Shown: positions 8,947-17,079 of the stretch, piece by piece | How positions within the stretch are numbered: position 1 is the stretch's first letter | How the letters are laid out: each line of letters begins with the position of its first letter | NCBI GenBank assembly: GCA_934097015.1 | Contig: CAKONF010000004.1 | Coordinates: forward strand, 1 to 48,694 | DNA from: an uncultured Bacilli bacterium | Lineage (GTDB): Bacteria; Bacillota_I; Bacilli_A; RF39; UBA660 | Direction: 5' to 3' | Length of the DNA stretch: 48,694 nucleotides | Translations under genes and position numbers: made by a program | The notes under the pieces: model-generated | What the model saw: only the letters and a program-made list of their open reading frames with translations | Told to the model about the DNA's origin: nothing | The model's database searches: none

Positions 8947-11259
8947 ATGAAAGATATAAAAGGTCTTACCAACGAAGAAGTAAAAGAAAGGATAGATAAA
9001 AACTTAGTAAATTATATAGATGAACCTAAAACAAAAACAATTAAAGAAATTATAAAATCAAATGTATTTACATACTTTAATTTCTTAAATATATTATTAG
9101 GAAGTCTAGTTATTATAAGTGGATTAATATCAGGAAGAATACTTTATTCATTAAAAAATTCTTTATTTGTAGGAGTTATATTTACAAATACAATAATTAG
9201 TATAATAGAAGAAATATTAGCAAAAAAAACAATAGATAAATTAAATGTAATTACAGATACAAAAATAAAAGTTATAAGAAATAATGAAATACAATTAATA
9301 AAAAGAGAAGAACTAGTACTTGATGATGTATGTATATATGAAATAGGGAATCAAGTTGCAACCGATTCATTTATACTAGATGGAAATGTAGAAGTTAATG
9401 AATCATTTATTACAGGAGAACAAAAAATATTAACAAAGAAAAAGAATGATAAATTAATAAGTGGATCATTTATAGTTAGTGGAAAATGTTATGTAAAAGT
9501 AGAACACATTGGAAAAGATAATTATATATCAAAAATAAGTAGTGAAGCCAAATATGTAAAAGCAACTAATTCAATAATATATAATTCTTTTGATAAAATG
9601 TTAAAAATACTAAGTATGCTTTTAATTCCAATAGGAATATTATTCTTCATAAATCAAATGTTTATAACAAATAATGATATACCTAACTCAATCATGAGTA
9701 CTGTAAGTGCACTAATTGGAATGATACCTGAAGGATTAGTATTACTTACTTCATCAGCAATGGCAGTAAGTGTTATAAGACTTAGAAGATATAATGTTTT
9801 GGTACAAGATTTATATTCTATAGAAAATCTTGCTAGAGTTGATGTTATTTGTTTAGATAAAACAGGAACAATTACAGAAGGTACAATGGAAGTAAAAAAT
9901 ATTATTCCATATAAAAATACAAAAGTAGATGAAATAAAAGAAATATTATCAAACTACATAAATGCATTAGAAGATCCATCTCCAACATTTAAATCAATAG
10001 AAAATTATTTAGAAAAAAAAGATAATTATGAAATAATAGAAACATTAAATTTTTCAAGTATAAGAAAATATAGTGGTGTTAAATTTAAAGAAGGTACATA
10101 TTTTTTAGGAAGTCCAGAAAATATATCAAAAGAAGATTTTAATATTGATGAATATCAAAATGAATATAGAGTATTATTACTAGCAAAAGGAAAAGATTTA
10201 AAAAATATAAATGAAATTAAACCATTAGGATTTATCTTAATACAAGATAAAATAAAAGAAAATGCAAATGAAACATTAAATTACTTTAAAGAACAAGGTG
10301 TAGATATTAAAATAATAAGTGGTGATAATCCAAAAACTGTATCATTAATAGCATCTAGAGCAGGTATTGAAGATATAAGAATGATTGATATGTCTAAAAT
10401 AAATGATGATGAAATTCCTAATATAATAGAAGAATATAATATATTAGGAAGAGTAAAACCAGATCAAAAAAAGAAAATTATACAATGTCTACAACAAAAA
10501 AAACACTTCGTAGCAATGACTGGAGATGGAGTAAATGATTGTCTTGCTTTAAAAACAGCAGATTGTTCTATAGCGATGGCAAACGGTAGTGAAGCTGCAA
10601 AAAATGTTAGTCAATTTGTATTACTAGATTCAAAAATAGACAACTTACCAAAAATATTAAAAGAAGGTAGAAGAAGTATAAATAATATAGAAAGAAGTGC
10701 TTCACTATTACTTAGTAAAACTATTTTTACAATTATATTAATACTTGCATGTGTATATTTAAGTACAGAATATTTCTTCATTCCAATACATTTAACATTG
10801 ATAACAATGTTTACTATTGGAATACCATCTTTTATATTAGCACTCGAATCAAATAATGAATTAGTAAAAGGTAATTTCTTACTTAAAGTATTTATGAAAA
10901 GTATACCAAGTGCATTAACAGTTGTTTTTAATGTTATAATAATTAAATTATTTGAAATATATTTCAATTTAGATCCAGACTTATGTAGTACATTAACAGT
11001 ATTCTTAACAGCAACTACAGGATTTATATTTTTAAATAATATATGTAAACCATACAATATTCTAAGAGCTTGTTTAATGATAGTATTATTATTAGCATTC
11101 GGATATTGTGCTATATTCCAATATAGTTTCTTTAACATAAGTTATATAAATAAAGATACTATCTTAGTATTTATAGTATTATTTATATGCAGCATGTATA
11201 TTTTTGATAAATTAAAAGAATTATCAAATTATATACTTAAAAAAACAAATAATATTTAG
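8947..11259 (+). CDS. P-type (E1-E2) cation-transporting ATPase
   Basis: DKTGTITEG phosphorylation motif, TGDGVNDCLALKTADCSIAM hinge, and N- and C-terminal TM bundles. Confidence 0.9.
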   Translation: MKDIKGLTNEEVKERIDKNLVNYIDEPKTKTIKEIIKSNVFTYFNFLNILLGSLVIISGLISGRILYSLKNSLFVGVIFTNTIISIIEEILAKKTIDKLNVITDTKIKVIRNNEIQLIKREELVLDDVCIYEIGNQVATDSFILDGNVEVNESFITGEQKILTKKKNDKLISGSFIVSGKCYVKVEHIGKDNYISKISSEAKYVKATNSIIYNSFDKMLKILSMLLIPIGILFFINQMFITNNDIPNSIMSTVSALIGMIPEGLVLLTSSAMAVSVIRLRRYNVLVQDLYSIENLARVDVICLDKTGTITEGTMEVKNIIPYKNTKVDEIKEILSNYINALEDPSPTFKSIENYLEKKDNYEIIETLNFSSIRKYSGVKFKEGTYFLGSPENISKEDFNIDEYQNEYRVLLLAKGKDLKNINEIKPLGFILIQDKIKENANETLNYFKEQGVDIKIISGDNPKTVSLIASRAGIEDIRMIDMSKINDDEIPNIIEEYNILGRVKPDQKKKIIQCLQQKKHFVAMTGDGVNDCLALKTADCSIAMANGSEAAKNVSQFVLLDSKIDNLPKILKEGRRSINNIERSASLLLSKTIFTIILILACVYLSTEYFFIPIHLTLITMFTIGIPSFILALESNNELVKGNFLLKVFMKSIPSALTVVFNVIIIKLFEIYFNLDPDLCSTLTVFLTATTGFIFLNNICKPYNILRACLMIVLLLAFGYCAIFQYSFFNISYINKDTILVFIVLFICSMYIFDKLKELSNYILKKTNNI

Positions 11260-11269
11260 GAGGAACAAT

Positions 11270-11950
11270 ATGATAAAAACAAAAAAAACAGGAGAACTAA
11301 TAATAATATCTGGTACAACATGTGCTGGTAAAGGAACAATAATAAACAGATTATTAAATGAATTAAGTACTATAACACTATCTACTTCATACACTTCAAG
11401 ACCAATTAGACCAAATGAAATAGATGGTAAAGATTACTATTTTATATCTAGAGAAAAATTTGAAGAAAAAATAAAAAAAGGAGATTTTCTAGAATATGCT
11501 AAAGTAAGATATGGAGAATATTTTGGTACACCCAAACAAGAGGTTATAGATCTTCTAAACAAAGGAAAAGATGTAATACTAGAAATAGATGTACAAGGAG
11601 CACAAATTATAAAACAACACTTTCCTAATACTTTATTAATATTTATATTAGCACCATCAATGGAAGAGGTTAAAAAAAGAATATTAAATAGAAAAACGGA
11701 AACAAAAGAACAAATAATAGATAGATTTAAAACAGCATATAAAGAAATAAATGAAGTTAATAAATATAATTATGTAGTAATAAATGATGATATAGATAGA
11801 GCAGTAGAAAAAGTAAAATCTATAATTATATCAAATAAATGTCGTGTTGATAGAATAGAAGAATTAAGTGTAGAAAATGAGGAAGAATTTATGCATGAAT
11901 TATTAATAGATAAAGATTTCATAAATTTAACAATAGATTATGAAAAATAG
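11270..11950 (+). CDS. gmk: Guanylate kinase
   Basis: P-loop SGTTCAGKGT, STSYTSRPIRPNEIDGKDYYF and EYAKVRYGEYFGTP. Confidence 0.9.
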   Translation: MIKTKKTGELIIISGTTCAGKGTIINRLLNELSTITLSTSYTSRPIRPNEIDGKDYYFISREKFEEKIKKGDFLEYAKVRYGEYFGTPKQEVIDLLNKGKDVILEIDVQGAQIIKQHFPNTLLIFILAPSMEEVKKRILNRKTETKEQIIDRFKTAYKEINEVNKYNYVVINDDIDRAVEKVKSIIISNKCRVDRIEELSVENEEEFMHELLIDKDFINLTIDYEK

Positions 11951-12995
11951 AGTAGGCTTAGCATTAGAAGGCGGAGGTGCAAAAGGCTCTTATGAAATAG
12001 GAGCTTATGTTGCACTTCAAGAATTAGGTTATAAATTTAATGCTGTTGCAGGTACATCAATAGGTTCACTAAATGCAGCACTAATAGCACAAAAAAATAT
12101 AAAGTTAGCAAAAGAATTATGGTTAAATGCAGATAGTGAAATTATAGGAATAAATAAAGAAATAGTAAAACTTCATAAAAATTTTAAGTTCAATAAAGAT
12201 AACATAAAACTATCTATATCTGAAATAAGTAAAGTATTAAAAAATAAAGGTTTAGATATTACTAACTATAAAAAAATATTAGATAATTATATTAATGAAG
12301 ATCAAATAAGAAAAAGCAATATAAATTATGGACTTGTAACAGTAAGATTAAAAGATTTAAAACCACTAGAATTAACCATAGATGAAATAAAAAAAGGAGA
12401 GTTATCTAATTATATTATGGCATCTAGTTATCTCCCTGTTTTTAAAATGCAAAAAATAATAGATGACTCATACTATTTAGATGGAGGAGTATCAAATAAT
12501 TTACCGATATCTCTTCTAGAAAGAATGGGTTGTAATAAAGTAATAGCAATTAGAATAAATGGAATAGGAGTATCAAAAAAGAAATTAATTAGTAAAACAG
12601 AAGTAATTGAATTAGCACCAACAAAAGATACTGGACCAGTAATATTTTTTGATAATAAAGATATAATTAATAATTATTACATGGGTTATTATGATACGTT
12701 ATTACATTTAAATAAAATAGACGGATTTAAATATTATTTTAAAAAATTTAAACTATATAATTTTATTTCTAGAAAAATAGATAAAAATTTAATAAATCTA
12801 TTAAAATTAAAATTTAGAACACCAAATAATAAAGAAACTATATTAAAATCAATAGAATTAATTTTAGAAGAAAATAATATAGATTACTATAAATTATATT
12901 CTATACCAAAAATATTAAAATATATAAAAACAAATAATTTTAAATCTAAAAATAAATTAGTTAATGATTATATATATAATTTAAAATTTTTTTAA
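11940..12995 (+). CDS. Patatin-like phospholipase
   Basis: GLALEGGGAKGSYEIG oxyanion motif, GTSIGS (GxSxG) and YLDGGVSNNLP (catalytic DGG). Confidence 0.85.
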   Translation: MKNRVGLALEGGGAKGSYEIGAYVALQELGYKFNAVAGTSIGSLNAALIAQKNIKLAKELWLNADSEIIGINKEIVKLHKNFKFNKDNIKLSISEISKVLKNKGLDITNYKKILDNYINEDQIRKSNINYGLVTVRLKDLKPLELTIDEIKKGELSNYIMASSYLPVFKMQKIIDDSYYLDGGVSNNLPISLLERMGCNKVIAIRINGIGVSKKKLISKTEVIELAPTKDTGPVIFFDNKDIINNYYMGYYDTLLHLNKIDGFKYYFKKFKLYNFISRKIDKNLINLLKLKFRTPNNKETILKSIELILEENNIDYYKLYSIPKILKYIKTNNFKSKNKLVNDYIYNLKFF

Positions 12996-13289
12996 ATGTT
13001 ATAGTAGTATATAAAACCTGAGCTTTTGTGTTTGTTAGTGCTTACCCAATCATTATAAAAATGAGAGGGAATGTATAGATGAAAAGAATACTTTATTATA
13101 TTAAAGAAATATTAAAAAGTATATTTTTAATATATGTTTTGAAAATAATCTACTTCCTCCTACAAAAAGGAGTTTAGATTAACTCCAATAGGCACTAAAT
13201 ATTATTTATGTTAGGCTACCTATAATGGTTTGATTAATATCATATTTTACCTCTTAATTTATTTATAATAAAAATAAATATGTTAATGT

Positions 13290-13362
13290 AAAATAAAAGC
13301 CGCATAATTAATATGCGTGCCAACCTTTATGGGTAGGCATTACAAATGTAATTGCTCTACTT
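13290..13362 (-). ncRNA. Candidate ~70-nt small RNA (own promoter, three hairpins, intrinsic terminator)
   Basis: Read on the minus strand: TTGACA(13397-13392)-17 nt-TAAACT(13374-13369). Hairpins GCAATTAC..GTAATGC and GCCTACC..GGTTGGC. Then GCaCGCATA-TTAAT-TATGCGGC followed by TTTTATTTT (13320-13290). Confidence 0.3.
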
Positions 13363-13427
13363 AATATAAGTTTAACATTACGATAGTGATGTGTCAATAA
13401 AAAATTTTACAAATTTCACAAAAAATA

Positions 13428-13600
13428 TTTACAATATTTACTAGTTTTGATATATTATATTTAAGGTAGAAATACCTAAAAACAAATTTTACGATTCATG
13501 AAAAAACAAGAAACATACTTCTTCCCCAACCCCAAAAATCGTTGGGGGGGGGGGTATAAAGAAATATGTTTTTTCGTGCAAATAAAGGAGTGTGAAAGAA
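13428..13600 (+). promoter_or_regulatory. Leader element copy B: promoter, GNRA hairpin and C-rich/G11 terminator-like hairpin abutting the RBS
   Basis: TTTACA(13428-13433)-17 nt-TATATT(13451-13456) with upstream TG. GGTA-GAAA-TACC at 13465-13476. ACATACTTCTT-CCCCAAC-loop-GTTGGGG... with G11 at 13544-13554, then AAGAAATATGT and TTTTTC (13570-13575). RBS AAAGGAG at 13584-13590. Near-identical to the copy at 48563. Confidence 0.65.
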
Positions 13601-15526
13601 ATGAATCGTAAGCAGAAGATAATAGTAAGTACAACAGGAATATTTTTAGTACTTTTAATTCTTGTAGGATTAACTTACGCATATTTTTTAACTAGAATAA
13701 ATGGAAATAAAAACGATAAAAGTATAAGCGTCACAACTGCTAACTTAAGATTAGTATATAGTGATGGAACAGATGGAGTAATAGGTGGAACTAATATAGA
13801 ACCAAGTGATACAGTATACACAAAAACATTTACTGTAAAAAGTGAAGGAAATAAGAATATAGAGTATGGAGTATATTTAATAAACGTGATAAATCAATTA
13901 ACAAGAAAAGAAGATGTTAAATATACATTAGAATGTACAACTGATGGGACGATTACATGTAATGGAGTAAATGAAACAACATTTCCAAGTGGAATAAGCC
14001 AATTAATAACAAATACAATAGAACCCGGAAAAACTCATACATACACATTTAAATTTACATACAAAGATACAGGAACAGACCAAAGTATAGATATGGGAAA
14101 AGAACTAAGTGCAAAGATACAAATATTTGGAAAATTACCAAGTGGAGAATATTTTCCATATGAAGAAGAAACTTTATCATACAACATAATAAATAATGCA
14201 AAAAACAATTTAAATGGTACAGAATATTTAGAAACGCCTAAAACAAAAGTAGCTGAAGAAGTAGTTGAATTTAAATATAAAGCTATAGAGAAAAATTTAC
14301 CCGGGAATAATATTCAATCAGCACCTCCAACTTATAAAGATTACTATATTACTTATGGTACTGGTTATACACTTGATGAAAATACTGGCAAATTTTCTTT
14401 AACAGGAGTATCAACTTGTAAATATAGTGAATGCTATTCTAATTTAGCGGGAAAATACATATATGCTCTAATAGTCTCTGCTTCAGAAACTGATATACAA
14501 AAAGAGTCGAGCAATTTATCTGAAATTTTTAAGATTAAAAAGGCTTCTGAACCATCTTCAACTTCAATTTCCGTGGAAGGAACTACTTTTACAACAACTG
14601 CTTATGGAACTGAAAAAGTTTTAAGTAAAACTGAAGATGACTATGGTATAAGTTATTATTATAGGGGAGTTGTTGAAGATAATTATGTAAATTTTGCAGG
14701 AATGTGTTGGAGAATAGTACGCGTTTCTGGAGATGGAAGCATTAAATTAATATTAGAAGACCAAGATAATACTTGTACTTCAAGTAATGGTAATACTACT
14801 ACAACAAGTGGCTTAATCGAGAACTTTGGTTATACTGAATATGCGGTAAATACACTAACTGCAACAGACGGAACAACCAATTCATCTAAATTGAGATTAA
14901 TGAACTACCTAAAGGGTGGAACATATAATGATAAATCAATGGCAACAGCATTTAAAAATTTCCAAATTGAAACTCTCACAAATTATTTATCTTATTTAAA
15001 ATCGGGAGATTGGTGTTTAAATGATAAAGCATATGCAACAGAAACTGATAATACAACACCATTAACTAGTCAAGAAATATTGGATAAACGAATTAAAGGA
15101 ATAGCATACTATTACGATTCATATATACGTTTATATGGAAAAACATCAAAAGAACCAACATTAAAATGTAATGGTACAAATATGATGAAATTTGGTGATG
15201 GAACAACAAATATGTATGTAGGAACATTAACAGTAGATGAAGTAGCATATGCTGGCGGCTCAACTACTAGAAATTCTAAAGGATATTATTACATATCAAA
15301 AAAAATTCCTTTATTATCACCAGCATATATAGTTATCGCTTCCAATCCTTCAACGTCCATAAATGAGCAACTGGTATTTTACGCTTCCGATAATGCAAAA
15401 ATAAGTTTGACATCATTATCCCAAATGGAAAACTTATATTTTAAACCTTCCATAAATCTAAAATCAGGAATTAAAATTTCAAGTGGAGATGGAACAAAAG
15501 AAAAACCTTATGAAATAGCAAATTAA
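13601..15526 (+). CDS. Secreted surface protein, family member (TasA-like N-domain + variable middle + WRIVR/GDGT-PY C-domain)
   Basis: MNRKQKIIVSTTGIFLVLLILVGLTYAYFLTRINGNKNDKSISVTTANLRLVY (SipW-type signal). KFTYKDTGTDQSIDMGKELSAKIQI. NFAGMCWRIVRVSGDGSIKLILED. KPSINLKSGIKISSGDGTKEKPYEIAN*. Confidence 0.9.
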   Translation: MNRKQKIIVSTTGIFLVLLILVGLTYAYFLTRINGNKNDKSISVTTANLRLVYSDGTDGVIGGTNIEPSDTVYTKTFTVKSEGNKNIEYGVYLINVINQLTRKEDVKYTLECTTDGTITCNGVNETTFPSGISQLITNTIEPGKTHTYTFKFTYKDTGTDQSIDMGKELSAKIQIFGKLPSGEYFPYEEETLSYNIINNAKNNLNGTEYLETPKTKVAEEVVEFKYKAIEKNLPGNNIQSAPPTYKDYYITYGTGYTLDENTGKFSLTGVSTCKYSECYSNLAGKYIYALIVSASETDIQKESSNLSEIFKIKKASEPSSTSISVEGTTFTTTAYGTEKVLSKTEDDYGISYYYRGVVEDNYVNFAGMCWRIVRVSGDGSIKLILEDQDNTCTSSNGNTTTTSGLIENFGYTEYAVNTLTATDGTTNSSKLRLMNYLKGGTYNDKSMATAFKNFQIETLTNYLSYLKSGDWCLNDKAYATETDNTTPLTSQEILDKRIKGIAYYYDSYIRLYGKTSKEPTLKCNGTNMMKFGDGTTNMYVGTLTVDEVAYAGGSTTRNSKGYYYISKKIPLLSPAYIVIASNPSTSINEQLVFYASDNAKISLTSLSQMENLYFKPSINLKSGIKISSGDGTKEKPYEIAN

Positions 15527-15549
15527 GTACTATCAATTAGTACTTTTTT
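15525..15549 (+). terminator. Rho-independent terminator
   Basis: AAGTACTA-TCAAT-TAGTACTT followed by a T-run. Confidence 0.7.
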
Positions 15550-15634
15550 CTATAAATTAAAATATATTTAGATTAATTATTGAAAAAATATTATATTAAA
15601 TATATAATAATTAAGTAAAAGAAAGAGGAATATT

Positions 15635-16351
15635 ATGGGAAGAGCATATGAAGTAAGAAAAGCAAGCATACAAAAAACAGGAGCAGCTAAAGCAAAATTA
15701 TATAGTACATTTGCAAAAGAAATATATTTAGCAGCAAAAGGAAATCCTGATTTAGAAAGCAATATACATTTAAAAAGAATTGTAGATAAAGCAAAAAAAA
15801 GTCAAGTTCCAAGCGATATAATTAATAGAGCAATAGATAAAGCTAAAGGAGCAGGGCAAGATGATTATGAAACAGTAGTATATGAAGGATTTGGTCCAGG
15901 AGCAAGCACGCTTATAATAAAAACATTAACTGATAACGTAAATAGAACAGTAGGTTTCGTAAGAGCTGCATTTAACAAAGTAAATAAAAGCTTAGGAGTA
16001 TCTAATAGTGTTAGTTATAACTATGATTATTTAGGATTAATAGGATTTAAGTATGATAATTATGATGAAGTATTTGAAAAATTGTTAGATGCTGGAATAG
16101 AAATAATAGATTTAATAAATGATGAAGACTTATTAATAGTATCATGTAATCCAACAGATATACATAAAATAAAAGATACATTAGAATCATTCATACCAAA
16201 TATAGATTATGAGATAGATGAAGTTGGAATGTATCCTAAAGAAAAAATAACATTAAACGAAGAAGATAAAGAAATATTTTTAAAATTATATAATATGTTA
16301 GATGATATAGAAGATGTCACTGAAATATATCATAATGTAGAACTAGATTAG
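15635..16351 (+). CDS. yebC: YebC/PmpR-family protein
   Basis: MGRAYEVRKASIQKTGAAKAKLYSTFAKEIYLAAK is the characteristic YebC N-terminus. Length 238 aa. Confidence 0.85.
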   Translation: MGRAYEVRKASIQKTGAAKAKLYSTFAKEIYLAAKGNPDLESNIHLKRIVDKAKKSQVPSDIINRAIDKAKGAGQDDYETVVYEGFGPGASTLIIKTLTDNVNRTVGFVRAAFNKVNKSLGVSNSVSYNYDYLGLIGFKYDNYDEVFEKLLDAGIEIIDLINDEDLLIVSCNPTDIHKIKDTLESFIPNIDYEIDEVGMYPKEKITLNEEDKEIFLKLYNMLDDIEDVTEIYHNVELD

Positions 16352-16413
16352 TTCTTTTTTCATATTAAATTCACAAATGTTTTATAGTATAATAATGATT
16401 GGGAAGTGAAACT

Positions 16414-17079
16414 ATGAATATACTAATTGTTGATGATGAAATACTTATAAGAAATGTAATAAAAGAATATTTAAAATTAGAAAATTATACATATGATGAA
16501 GCTGAAAATGGTATTGATGCAATTAATTTAGTTAAAAAAAATAAATATGATTGTATATTAATGGACATAATGATGCCAAAATTAGATGGATATAGTGCTA
16601 TTAAAGAAATAAAAAAAACAAGTGATGCTAAAATAATTGTATTAAGTGCTAGAACAGAAGAATTTGATAAACTATCTGGATTTGATTTAGGCATAGATGA
16701 TTATGTAACTAAACCATTTAGCCCTAAAGAATTAATTGCAAGAATAAAAGCTGTAACAAAAAGAAATAAAATGCCTAGTCAAGAAATAGTTGTAGGCAAT
16801 ATTAAATTAGATGAATTATCAAGAACTGTATTTATAGATAATAAAGAAGTTGAATTCACACATACACAATTTGATTTATTAACATTATTTCTAAAAAATG
16901 AAAATATTGTTTTCACAAGAGAAATGATTATTGATAAGATATGGGGTTATACTTACGAAGCTGAAGATAGAACTATAGACGCTCATATAAAATTATTAAG
17001 AGTAAAATTAGGAAAATATAAAAATTCTATAAAAACTGTACGTGGAGTAGGATATAAATTTACATATGAAGAAGAGTAA
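16414..17079 (+). CDS. OmpR-family response regulator
   Basis: Receiver domain (ILIVDDE, phospho-acceptor context DCILMDIMMPKLDG, VTKPF) plus a winged-helix C-terminus (RTIDAHIKLLRVKL, VRGVGYKF). Confidence 0.9.
   Translation: MNILIVDDEILIRNVIKEYLKLENYTYDEAENGIDAINLVKKNKYDCILMDIMMPKLDGYSAIKEIKKTSDAKIIVLSARTEEFDKLSGFDLGIDDYVTKPFSPKELIARIKAVTKRNKMPSQEIVVGNIKLDELSRTVFIDNKEVEFTHTQFDLLTLFLKNENIVFTREMIIDKIWGYTYEAEDRTIDAHIKLLRVKLGKYKNSIKTVRGVGYKFTYEEE

Noticed and set aside
565-11138. Other antisense track ORFs: 565..747, 3513..3872, 4327..4563 and 10611..11138. Elsewhere also 16485..16694, 20427..20705, 21203..21478, 23482..24176, 24263..24715, 25015..25460, 32551..33007, 33566..33901, 35746..36000, 38249..38440, 39396..40040, 40893..41150, 42099..42389, 44106..44396 and 48076..48267.
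   Set aside because: Each is embedded opposite a gene with recognisable motifs or a coherent operon position. Composition-driven open frames are expected at this AT content.
11830-11950. C-terminal ~40-aa extension of guanylate kinase considered as a fused RpoZ (omega), since gmk-rpoZ are often adjacent.
   Set aside because: The extension (…RVDRIEELSVENEEEFMHELLIDKDF…) shows no resemblance to the RpoZ sequences I recall, so there is no support for the fusion.
13544-13554. G-quadruplex formation by the G11 tracts (also 27276-27286 and 48679-48689).
   Set aside because: A single G run without three further nearby G runs cannot form an intramolecular quadruplex. Pairing with the adjacent C-rich arm is the simpler explanation.
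13476-13682. 68-aa minus-strand ORF spanning leader copy B and the start of the 13601 gene. Similar cases are 15577..15762 and 19535..19723.
   Set aside because: It overlaps the conserved leader, promoter or terminator regions and the 5' ends of real genes. No RBS, and the equivalent ORF is not preserved at the other leader copies.
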